From assembly GCA_022572825.1 (NCBI GenBank), contig JACZVE010000001.1, forward strand, positions 1-28,089: DNA of 28,089 bases, written 5' to 3'. The notes below the pieces were generated by a model that saw nothing but the letters and a program-made list of their open reading frames with translations, was not told where the DNA came from and ran no database searches. The DNA is from SAR324 cluster bacterium. Lineage in GTDB: Bacteria; SAR324; JACQKK01. The position numbers and the translations under genes were made by a program. Shown one piece after another: positions 19,504-27,693 of this stretch (within the stretch, counting starts at the first letter, position 1; every line of letters starts with the position of its first letter).

Positions 19504-19911
19504 ATGGACAGTGCGATCGGATTGATAGTCGCCGCGCACGGAAAGTTCGCCGAGTCGCTTGTCGAAACCGCGGAAATGATCCTGGGAGGGCAGACGCATC
19601 TGACGCCATTCGTATTTGCCGAGGGCGAGGAACCCAAGGTCTCGTCCCATAAACTGCAATCCCTGATCAGGAAATGCGATAAAGGCAAAGGTGTGATCAT
19701 TCTGGTGGATCTGTTCGGGGGTACGCCGGGCTCGCTGGCGCTGTCGATGCTGGAGGAACAACTCGTCGAGGTCGTTACCGGGGTCAATCTGCCCATGGCC
19801 ATAACCGCGGCCACGCTGGATCCCGCGCTGGGATTGGAGGAATCCACTCAAGCCCTCGTGCAGGCGGGACAAAACGCCATCAAAGGGGCAGGCCTGATAC
19901 TCAAGACCTAG
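19504..19911 (+). CDS. PTS EIIA component, mannose/fructose family
   Basis: IGLIVAAHGKFAESL phospho-His motif, ILVDLFGGTP, VVTGVNLPM. Confidence 0.92.
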   Translation: MDSAIGLIVAAHGKFAESLVETAEMILGGQTHLTPFVFAEGEEPKVSSHKLQSLIRKCDKGKGVIILVDLFGGTPGSLALSMLEEQLVEVVTGVNLPMAITAATLDPALGLEESTQALVQAGQNAIKGAGLILKT

Positions 19912-20018
19912 GGCGCGATCCCGACGGCGGCACGGCCAGGCTTTGGGCACCTTTGCGGCTCAGCCCGCGCGGCGTTTCCGCGGGCTGAGCCGCGCGGCAA
20001 TATTTGGACGGAGGAAAG

Positions 20019-20711
20019 ATGGGCATCCTGTCGCGATTTGTCAATGTGGTGCGTTCCAATCTCAGCGCGCTGCTGGACCGGGCCGAGGATCCCAGCAAGA
20101 TGCTGGAGCAGACCCTCACGGATATGCAGGCGGCCTACCACAAGGCAAAGGAACACGTGGCCCGCTCCGTGGCGGACGAGAAGCGGCTGCAAAAATCCCT
20201 GCTGGATCAGCAAAACGAGGTTCATCGCTGGGAGGAACGCGCCATGATCGCCGTGGAGAAGGGAGACGACGACCTGGCCAAGGAGGCGCTGCGCCGCAAG
20301 AACGAGCACGCACGGCTGGCCTCTCAGTTCCAGTCCGAGTTCGCCGCGCATTCCGCCAACGTGGTGCGGCTCAAGGAAAGTCTAAAGGAGCTGGAGTCCA
20401 AAATCGCGGAGATCCGCCGCAAAAAGAACCTGCTCGTGTCGAAGCAGAAGCGTGCCGAGGCCCAGGACCAGATATACAAGACCATCGCGGGCATCCAGTC
20501 CACCGGCGCGGTGGAAACCATCGAGCGCATGGAGAACAAGATCGAGGAAATGTCCGCCCTGGCCGATGCCCGTCAAGAGTTGAGCGAGGAGTTCACCGGG
20601 GACAAATTGGAGCAACGGTTCGCCAGTCTGGACGGCGGTGGGGATAACGTGGATTCCGAGCTGCTGGAACTCAAGCAGCGCCTGCAGATCGAGCACAAAG
20701 GCGGCACCTGA
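20019..20711 (+). CDS. pspA: PspA/IM30 family protein
   Basis: MGILSRFVNVVRSNLSALLDRAEDPSKMLEQ, RAMIAVEKGDDDLAKEAL, long coiled coil. GGAGG RBS. Confidence 0.95.
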   Translation: MGILSRFVNVVRSNLSALLDRAEDPSKMLEQTLTDMQAAYHKAKEHVARSVADEKRLQKSLLDQQNEVHRWEERAMIAVEKGDDDLAKEALRRKNEHARLASQFQSEFAAHSANVVRLKESLKELESKIAEIRRKKNLLVSKQKRAEAQDQIYKTIAGIQSTGAVETIERMENKIEEMSALADARQELSEEFTGDKLEQRFASLDGGGDNVDSELLELKQRLQIEHKGGT

Positions 20712-20802
20712 ACCGGCGCCGACGCGCCCCGATCCGCCCAACCCGTGGGCCGGGCGAGGCGCACAACGAGGGCCCGGCGCGGCCAACAGGCATAAAGCGT
20801 GC

Positions 20803-21534
20803 TCAGAACAGGATCACGCGGATATCGTAGAAGGCATGGCTGTATGCGGTGATGGCGAAGCCGCGCGCGTAGTACAGCGCGGAGAATAGCAGCCCGGCGA
20901 TGAAGCGGAACATGAAGCTGGCGAAGAAATACGGATCGCCCAGCGGACCGATATAGTGGGCGGCCGAAAACAGCAGTGACGCCAGCACGATAGATACCAA
21001 GGCGGCCAGATGCGAGGGGAGAAAGAATCGCGTCGTAAACAGCAAGGCCCCCAACAGCACAACCCTGAAAATGAACTCCTCGAACAGTCCGGCGCCGAGG
21101 GACAAAGCCAGCCCCTGTATCGTTCCCTGCTCCATGGGGGCGGCCGCGGTCAGCACCAACCTGCCCAGCATGCTGGAGGGGATGGCCGAGAATATGAACT
21201 CCAGGATGACGTTGATCGTCAGCCCCAGCGCCAGACTGTAGCCAAGCGCCTCCAGCAACATCAACCCCAGGTAAGCGCCCTTCACCGTGATCGCCCGCCG
21301 CTTGACCAGCGGCAGAGCCAGCACGAGCACGAGAATCATGACCAACGTTGCCTGGGAGGGCCGCACATCCAGGCTGGCAAGCAGCATCCGCAACCACACG
21401 TCTCCCGCATTGCGCACCTGCCCGCCGTGCGGCGACCCGCCCGCTATGAGCAGCAACTCGTAGGCGACGAGCAAGGGGAGCGCGGCGATGAGGGCGTAAA
21501 ATGCGCTGCGCGTGAATTGGAGGTACTGAGACAT
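20803..21534 (-). CDS. CPBP (CAAX/Abi family) intramembrane glutamic endopeptidase
   Basis: Multi-TM protein with AGLFEEFIFR (EExxxR), LFSAAHY (FxxxH) and HAFYD (HxxxB) motifs. Confidence 0.9.
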   Translation of the reverse strand: MSQYLQFTRSAFYALIAALPLLVAYELLLIAGGSPHGGQVRNAGDVWLRMLLASLDVRPSQATLVMILVLVLALPLVKRRAITVKGAYLGLMLLEALGYSLALGLTINVILEFIFSAIPSSMLGRLVLTAAAPMEQGTIQGLALSLGAGLFEEFIFRVVLLGALLFTTRFFLPSHLAALVSIVLASLLFSAAHYIGPLGDPYFFASFMFRFIAGLLFSALYYARGFAITAYSHAFYDIRVILF

Positions 21535-21685
21535 TCGCCGTCACGAGGATGAGATCCGATGAACCGAGCGCGGACGGTTCGCATTTAACCACGCCGCCAT
21601 CCGGACGCCAATGCCAGGCGTCCCTGGCCCTCGGGGCGCCACCGCGCGCGGGGCGAGTGCCGGGGGTCCATGCAAGCAGGTCGCC

Positions 21686-22246
21686 ATGCTGAGGGTCATC
21701 GGGGGAACCCTGAGCGGCCGCCGCTTGGCCGCGCCAAAGGGCCGCCATACCCGCCCCACCTCCGATAAAGTGCGCGAGGGCATATTCGGCTCGCTGGAAT
21801 CGCTGATCCCCCTTGAAGGCGCCCACGTGCTCGACCTGTTCGCCGGCTCCGGGGCCCTGGGCATCGAAGCGCTCAGCCGCGGTGCCGCATTCTGCGACTT
21901 CGTGGAAGCTCACGCCCGCACCGCGGCCGTGATCCGCTCCAATCTGGAAGCCCTGGGCCTGACCCGCGCATCCGCACGGGTCGTCGTGGCCCGCGCCGAA
22001 TCCTGGCTGAACCATCCGCGGGTCGCCGCGCCCGTCACGCTCGCACTGCTGGACCCGCCCTATCAGTTCCGCGATTACGGGGCCCTCCTGGGTCGGCTGG
22101 CCGCAGCACCCTGGATTGGGCCCGGAGCGGCCATCGTCGTGGAAGCCGCGCGAGCGCAAAAATTGGAGCCACCGACCGGCCTTGAACCCATACGGACGAA
22201 GCGCTATGGTGACACGCAGGTCTGGTACTTTAGAAAAGGTCTTTGA
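21686..22246 (+). CDS. rsmD: 16S rRNA m2G966 methyltransferase
   Basis: MLRVIGGTLSGRRL, TRPTSDKVREGIF, LDLFAGSGALGIEALSRGA, LDPPY, KRYGDT. Confidence 0.95.
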   Translation: MLRVIGGTLSGRRLAAPKGRHTRPTSDKVREGIFGSLESLIPLEGAHVLDLFAGSGALGIEALSRGAAFCDFVEAHARTAAVIRSNLEALGLTRASARVVVARAESWLNHPRVAAPVTLALLDPPYQFRDYGALLGRLAAAPWIGPGAAIVVEAARAQKLEPPTGLEPIRTKRYGDTQVWYFRKGL

Positions 22247-22355
22247 AGAATCGCGGGAAAACTTTCGGGCCAGTCTTCCGGAAAGTTTCTCATACAACTA
22301 ATAAAAGCGGTCGCCGCAGGCAATTCGAACCTTGTCTGCATAGCAAACAGTTCAC

Positions 22356-23105
22356 GTGAACCGGCGTCTCGTTCTCGCTCTTCTGCTGTGGCTGCCTATG
22401 TGCGCCTCCGTGGCGTGGGGCGAGGGCATCGGGGCGTATTTCACGCTGGTCAATACGTATATTTACACCAAAGGGCCCCGCACGGGGAGCCGATATCTGG
22501 TGCGGCCGCGCCTGGCCTTCACGGTGGTCGACGTGACGGTCGATAGCCAGGACACGATCTGGTACAAGATCATCTATCCGCCCAGGACGACCAAGGTGGC
22601 CGGACAGGGGTGGACACCCACTGCTCCACACGAGATCCTCGCCGCCCAACCGGAACCGGTGCTGGTGTTTTCCCGTATACCGAGTGACGGCAGCGACGCC
22701 TTCACCTCGCTGCGCGTACCCGTCTCGGGGATGGAGTTGCTCAACGAGTCCCAATCCGATCCGCGATTCGCTCAGGTGCGTTGGCAAAAGGTGCGCTACG
22801 AGCTGAGCAGGCCTTTGCAGGCCTGGGCGCGGGGCACGGCAGGTATCTACCGGGCGGGCAAGACGGAGACGTTCCTGTCCCGGGTGTACGGTGAGATGGT
22901 CGCACGCGTTGTCGGCAAGGAAAAAATAACCCGCTTTCTTTCCGGCGTAATCCGCATCGGAGACTCCCTGCGGGAGGCAGGTTGGGCATTGGGACAGCCC
23001 TTGAACGAACGCGAGGAAACGGTTGTCAACACCAAGCGCACGACGTGGCAATTCCAGGAGAGGGTGGTCGTGTTCGAAAATCAGGTGGTGAAACAAATCA
23101 ACTGA
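22356..23105 (+). CDS. Secreted hypothetical protein (possible SH3-like and BamE/SmpA-like modules)
   Basis: GTG start, clear signal peptide (MNRRLVLALLLWLPMCASVAWG), coding-like composition. Domain calls are impressions only. Confidence 0.75.
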   Translation: MNRRLVLALLLWLPMCASVAWGEGIGAYFTLVNTYIYTKGPRTGSRYLVRPRLAFTVVDVTVDSQDTIWYKIIYPPRTTKVAGQGWTPTAPHEILAAQPEPVLVFSRIPSDGSDAFTSLRVPVSGMELLNESQSDPRFAQVRWQKVRYELSRPLQAWARGTAGIYRAGKTETFLSRVYGEMVARVVGKEKITRFLSGVIRIGDSLREAGWALGQPLNEREETVVNTKRTTWQFQERVVVFENQVVKQIN

Positions 23106-23120
23106 ATGCGCAGTGAGCCA

Positions 23121-23192
23121 GGAGCAACGCGCGGCTGGCAAGGGAGGAACGCGCGACTCGCGAGGGAGGAACGCGAGCGGGCGAGCGTTTCC
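23121..23192. repeat. Three tandem ~22-bp family A units
   Basis: GGAGCAACGCGCGGCTGGCAAG (23121-23142), GGAGGAACGCGCGACTCGCGAG (23143-23164), GGAGGAACGCGAGCGGGCGAGCGTTTCC (23165-23192). They resemble GGAGAAACGCGTGACTCGCAAGCGTTTC at 1321-1348. Confidence 0.7.
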
Positions 23193-23355
23193 GGCCCTGA
23201 ACGCAGGAGGCCTGAATGCACGAGCTTTCCAAAGCGCCGGACCTTGGCGTAGGTCAGGCGATGGATAATTGGTGTTAAATGGGTTGCGTGCCCGCGCCAG
23301 GTTTCGGGCAATCCACTGACGCGACCTGCACGCTGCCACCGACCGGACGGAGGAC

Positions 23356-24231
23356 ATGACGGCAGAGAACGATCGCTTTCTCGAGCGGTACATCAAAGGC
23401 GACACCCTCAACGGATTGAACCTGCTGTTGGATGAATCGGGCGGCGGCTCCCTCCGTTTTGCCCTTAACCGCGCCATGTACGGCCCCGCCGACGATGCCG
23501 GCGCGGAGCAGATCAGGGAGCAGGAGAGTGCCCATCTCGCGCGACTGAGTGGGCTGAGCGACGACGAGAAGGCCACGGCGCTGTACAACCTCGGCTGCTT
23601 CGCCCTGGTGCAGGATGACGTGCTCGCCGCGCAAATGCGCTTCGCGGAAGCGTTGCGGCTGGATCCGGACAACCTGATGGCGCGCCATAATCTGGCCTAC
23701 GCCCACGAGCTGCTGGCGGAAACCGCGGAGGCACAGGAGGAATACGAGTCCATCCTGGCGCGGAATCCGGCCAGCGTGTTGACGCGGCTCAATCTGGCAC
23801 AATTGAAGCTGCAGGCGGGCGATTACGAACAGGCGCTGGACGATCTGCAGGCGCTTCATAGCCAGGACCCCGACAATGCGGGCGTGTTGCTGTATTTGTG
23901 CCGGGGACTGCTGTTACGCGGCACCGGCGCGGACATCGACCAGGTGCTCGAGCTGGTGAACAACGCACCGGATGCGCAGCGCTACGTCGACCTGCAGGAA
24001 TGCCGTGCCTATGCGCTGTACCTGCAGGGTGACGCCGACGCAGCCGAGCTGGAGTTCAATAATTTGTTGGAAAACGACGCGGAGAATCTGTTCGCCCGGC
24101 TGGGATTGATCAAAATTTTCGCGCAGCGGGGCGATTTTGCCACGCTAGCCACCCATGTGGAGCAGTTGCAGGCCCGCAACCCCTCGGACGAGATGACCGA
24201 GTTGCTGGGCCAGTTGAACTTGGCTCATTGA
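23356..24231 (+). CDS. Tetratricopeptide repeat protein
   Basis: TPR units ALYNLGCFAL...ALRLDPDNLMARHNLAYA, RNPASVLTRLNLAQL, DPDNAGVLLYL. GGAGG RBS. Confidence 0.9.
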   Translation: MTAENDRFLERYIKGDTLNGLNLLLDESGGGSLRFALNRAMYGPADDAGAEQIREQESAHLARLSGLSDDEKATALYNLGCFALVQDDVLAAQMRFAEALRLDPDNLMARHNLAYAHELLAETAEAQEEYESILARNPASVLTRLNLAQLKLQAGDYEQALDDLQALHSQDPDNAGVLLYLCRGLLLRGTGADIDQVLELVNNAPDAQRYVDLQECRAYALYLQGDADAAELEFNNLLENDAENLFARLGLIKIFAQRGDFATLATHVEQLQARNPSDEMTELLGQLNLAH

Positions 24232-24425
24232 TCCCCTGTTACTCCCCGTCAGAATTCCGCGCACCCTTACACGGCGATGTCACAAGGGCTACACAAGATG
24301 TTGCGCCCATTGTCCGACGCGAAATTCATGCAATAGGCACGGGTGCTGGCACGCGAATTTCATGACTGATCGGCGAAAGGGGACCGTGTCCCCCAACCCC
24401 CCACAAATCTTCCAGGGCAAGCGCG

Positions 24426-24914
24426 GTGGAGCGCATCCACATCGAGTCCACGAGCGACCTGCTCTTGCAGGTCAGCCGACAGCTGCAAACGCGCGGCTGG
24501 GCGCTCCTGTGCAGCGAGACGGGGCACCACCGCTATCAGTTTACCGTCGGGCTGGAGTCAAGCTATGAGCATCCCGAACTGGAAGTGATCGGGCTGCCGC
24601 CGGACCTGGGCGGAGATCTGCTGGCGGGTTTGGTGGAGCGCGTGAAATCCGGGCAGCGCCTGCGCTCGGGAGACTTCTTCTCCGACCTGTTGAGGGGATA
24701 CGACTTGTTCGTGCTCAATAACCCCATCGACCCTGGCGGACCCCCCATCACGGGCGGACGGCTGCGGCTCATCTGGCCGGACGCCCACGGCCGCTTTCCC
24801 TGGCAGCCAGACTGCGATCCTTCCTGCACCGTGCAGGCCCGCATACTGGAGCCGGACGGGATGAACGTACAGGGACTGGAGACGCTGCTGGCCCACAGCG
24901 GCCGCTCCGCCTGA
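24426..24914 (+). CDS. DUF4262 domain protein
   Basis: FTVGL..HPELEVIGLP..G..LL and C-terminal LIWPDAHGRFPW are characteristic. GTG start. Confidence 0.8.
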   Translation: MERIHIESTSDLLLQVSRQLQTRGWALLCSETGHHRYQFTVGLESSYEHPELEVIGLPPDLGGDLLAGLVERVKSGQRLRSGDFFSDLLRGYDLFVLNNPIDPGGPPITGGRLRLIWPDAHGRFPWQPDCDPSCTVQARILEPDGMNVQGLETLLAHSGRSA

Positions 24915-25029
24915 GCTTCACACCCGGCCTGCCGCCCTGCTCGTTGAATCCCAATAGCACCTCGCGTGCCGGTGGCACGCCCGGCATTCACAACTCGGCG
25001 CAGGCGGGGCATCTCTCCGGACACGATAG

Positions 25030-25851
25030 GTGCCAATGATATCCTCCGCCACTTCCAGCGCCGCACCCCTGGCCCTGGCGCCGCATCATCTGCGGCTTTT
25101 CGCGCTCATCATCGACTATCTGCTGGCGATCGTAATGCTCAACTTGGCGCACAAGGCGTCGCTGGGAGCGCATTGGGATCTCAATCCGCAACCCTTCTCC
25201 GGCGATCAGTCGCCGGCGCTGTGGTTCGCCGCGGCGATGGTGGTGCTGTTGGCGAAGGACGGGCTCAACGGCCGCAGTCCGGGAAAGTGGTTCATGGGGA
25301 TAGCCGTCGTGCGGGCGAACGATCCGGCGGCGGTGCCTGGCCTGCCGCGCCTGGTGCTGCGCAATCTTACGCTGGCCATATTGCCCCTGGAAGCGGTGGC
25401 CATGTTCGTGGACCGCTACTATCGCAGGCTGGGAGACCGCCTGGCGGGCACCGTCGTGGTCGCCGCGGGCAATCCCGCGCACCTCACGCGCCGATTGCTG
25501 GGAATGGCGATCCTTTTTCTCGCCACGATGCTGGCGATCCTGCTGGTGGAATTCTGGAACGTTCGCCGCAGCGCCGCCTATCAAACGGCGCTCGGCGCGG
25601 CCAGCCGATACGGACAGGTGCACCAGGCGGTGGGCGACGGGATGGAGTTCGGCGGCTCCCCCAGTCTCGCGCGCACGCCTGATGGACAACAGACGACGGT
25701 GGTGCTGGACGTGGAGGGAGCGCGCGGCGAAGCGCAGGTGGAGGTGGTCTTGCGCCTGGAGCGCGCGCCGCTCCGATGGCGGGTGGCATCGCTGCGGCTC
25801 CTGGAAGCCCCTCTTCCGCCGCCTGAGGTGCAGACGGCACCGTCCCGATAA
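25030..25851 (+). CDS. RDD family membrane protein with additional C-terminal domain
   Basis: RLFALIID, GRSPGKWFMGIAVV, LVLRNL, RRLGDRLAGTVVV (RDD motifs). A further TM and a ~90-aa soluble domain follow. Confidence 0.85.
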   Translation: MPMISSATSSAAPLALAPHHLRLFALIIDYLLAIVMLNLAHKASLGAHWDLNPQPFSGDQSPALWFAAAMVVLLAKDGLNGRSPGKWFMGIAVVRANDPAAVPGLPRLVLRNLTLAILPLEAVAMFVDRYYRRLGDRLAGTVVVAAGNPAHLTRRLLGMAILFLATMLAILLVEFWNVRRSAAYQTALGAASRYGQVHQAVGDGMEFGGSPSLARTPDGQQTTVVLDVEGARGEAQVEVVLRLERAPLRWRVASLRLLEAPLPPPEVQTAPSR

Positions 25852-26008
25852 TCTCTCCGCCGGGCGAGGCGCGGCCCGGTCGGCACAGGTGATGCGGTGC
25901 GACGTGGCCGCGTCGCTGGGGCACGGGTTTCTTCATACGCCGTTGACCCTGCATCCCCCACCAATTCATGGATATCGGCTGATGCCGAGTTGGGACGTTG
26001 GAAAAATT

Positions 26009-26164
26009 CATCCGCAGATTTCGCGGATGACACAGATACATGTGCAGCGGGTAATTTCATGCGTGCCGTTTCGATGTTGACGTCGGCGGATGAGGCTGTA
26101 TGCGACTCCCCGAAAGTAAAGCTTTTTCCATTGAAATCCGCGCAATCCGCGCAATCCGCGGATA
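26009..26164. repeat. Imperfect 30-bp inverted repeat built from 9-bp units (family C) enclosing 96 nt
   Basis: Left arm CATCCGCAGATTTCGCGGATGACACAGATA (26009-26038). Right arm AATCCGCGCAATCCGCGCAATCCGCGGATA (26135-26164). 22/30 positions complementary. Confidence 0.7.
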
Positions 26165-27324
26165 AAATAACCACGGCACTGGGACGAGTCACGCGGCTCG
26201 GTCTGCGCATCCTGCTGCCGGTGCTGTGTGTGGGAGCCCTGGCCGCTTGCGACGCGAACCGGCGCGATGCAGCCCCCGGCCCGCCGAACGGGCGAAGCCA
26301 AGGGACCTTGCCCGAGGTGGGCGATCTGGCGGAAATCGTCGCCGAGACCCGCGCCATTCTGCCCCGCATTCCGGCGCACGCGCGACCCGTCGCCCTTCCC
26401 CCCGCCGGGCAAGGCTCGGCGCCGCGGCGGGTGCTGATCGGCGAGGGGCGCTTGCTGCGGCCCTCCGCCTTTCCCCGTCTGCCGCACAAGCTGGTGGTGG
26501 AAGTGTACCTGGACAGGCGCAGTCCACCCGGCGGCTACCTCAGCATTACGGACGTCCGCACCGCGGGCGCAAAGTGGCCCCTGCTGTCGGGCGACACGAA
26601 GGGCGACCGCGACGGCGCGTTTACCTACGCATTCCGCGTGAGCGACCCGGCAAGGCGACTGCGCTACTTCGTCCTGCTCGCCGTGCCCTACGAGGCTGGA
26701 GGACGCGCCTTTCGGGCTTTTGAAGGCTATCTGATTCATCCCACCCGCGACGGCGCTCTGTCCGCCCAGGGGGCGATCTACCCCATCGATTTCGGCTACC
26801 GCCAGCCGGAGCCGCCGGAGCCGGTGCTCGCCGCGAAGGCGCTGGCCGGCCGCATTGCAGAGTTGCAGGGACAGTATGCCGCCTGGCAGGCGCTGGCCCG
26901 GCGTCTGGAGGAGCACGAGACCTCCGCGGCCCGGCTTCGGGAAGCTCGGGTGCCCGCCGATCAGGCCGCCAAGCAGCGCAAGGACCTGCAGGAATTCGCC
27001 CGCCGCATCGCGCGAATTGAGGGCGAGCGGCGCAGCGCCGCCGAGGCGATGCGCGGCGGACTGCTGAGCATTTACCGGGAGCGCACCGCACTGTCGGCGA
27101 CCTGGGCGGCGTTTGTGAACAGCAACGGCTATCGCTGGCGTACCCCCGCGCAGCGGCGCGCGGCCTACCTGCCGCTGCGGACCCTGCGCGCCAGCTATCC
27201 CCGCCTGGAGGAGATGTTCACGGCCGGCGAGGGAGAGCGGTCCCCCGCCCTGGCCGCCGCACGCGAACAGATGGAGCAGGCCGTGCTGCGGGAGGAAGCC
27301 CACGTGCCGCCCGCAGGGGGTTAG
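26131..27324 (+). CDS. Hypothetical lipoprotein with C-terminal coiled coil; start uncertain
   Basis: Hydrophobic stretch ending in lipobox LAAC (Cys codon 26248-26250), then a beta-rich middle region and helical C-terminus. ORF open from 25897; TTG 26131 and ATG 26059 are candidate starts. Confidence 0.7.
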   Translation: MKSAQSAQSADKITTALGRVTRLGLRILLPVLCVGALAACDANRRDAAPGPPNGRSQGTLPEVGDLAEIVAETRAILPRIPAHARPVALPPAGQGSAPRRVLIGEGRLLRPSAFPRLPHKLVVEVYLDRRSPPGGYLSITDVRTAGAKWPLLSGDTKGDRDGAFTYAFRVSDPARRLRYFVLLAVPYEAGGRAFRAFEGYLIHPTRDGALSAQGAIYPIDFGYRQPEPPEPVLAAKALAGRIAELQGQYAAWQALARRLEEHETSAARLREARVPADQAAKQRKDLQEFARRIARIEGERRSAAEAMRGGLLSIYRERTALSATWAAFVNSNGYRWRTPAQRRAAYLPLRTLRASYPRLEEMFTAGEGERSPALAAAREQMEQAVLREEAHVPPAGG

Positions 27325-27340
27325 AAGGCTTGTGAGTTAC

Positions 27341-27456
27341 TGCCTCCGGCGGCCCGGGGGGGGAGCCACGCTCCCCCGCGAATTTAGTTTGTCGCAAAGC
27401 CCCCCTGCCCTGCATAGCGGAGAAGGGGGGAGAAACGCGAGCGAGCGTTTCGGGGG
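27341..27456. repeat. Family A REP-like elements downstream of the lipoprotein gene
   Basis: TGCCTCCGGCGG at 27341 is the reverse complement of CCGCCGGAGGCA at 1369-1380. GGGGGGAGAAACGCGAGCGAGCGTTTCGGGGG at 27425-27456 matches 1318-1352. Confidence 0.7.
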
Positions 27457-27535
27457 ATGAGGTTTGCGGCGATGCCGCAAAAGACGAAGCCGCAGTCCGC
27501 GGCGTTGCGCAGCGACGCATTCGGGCACTGGAGTG

Positions 27536-27562
27536 CCAATTTTTCCACCCAATTTTTCCACA
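27536..27562 (+). promoter_or_regulatory. Tandem DnaA-box-like sites upstream of polA
   Basis: Perfect 13-bp tandem duplication CCAATTTTTCCAC x2 gives TTTTCCACC (27541-27549, 8/9) and TTTTCCACA (27554-27562, full TTWTNCACA match). Confidence 0.55.
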
Positions 27563-27693
27563 CAGTGCCTGATGCGATAGCGTCGCGACGAAGTCGGCCG
27601 CTAGCCATTCGCTGCGGCGATGGGGTATAGATTCTGTCTTGCGCATGTGGCACTGCGCGCCTTGCCCGCTCGCTACCCTGGGGAAATCGGCCC

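Noticed and set aside
19912-20018. Sigma54 promoter for pspA
   Set aside because: GGCAC-containing words (CGGCACGGCCAGGCT, GGGCACCTTTGC) do not have the required GG-N10-GC spacing.
22256-22289. AACTTTC/GAAAGTT inverted repeat after rsmD as an intrinsic terminator
   Set aside because: It has a long loop and no U-tract. Its function cannot be assigned.
23121-23192. Possible CRISPR mini-array
   Set aside because: The units are directly adjacent with no spacers, degenerate, match a dispersed REP-like family, and no cas genes are present.
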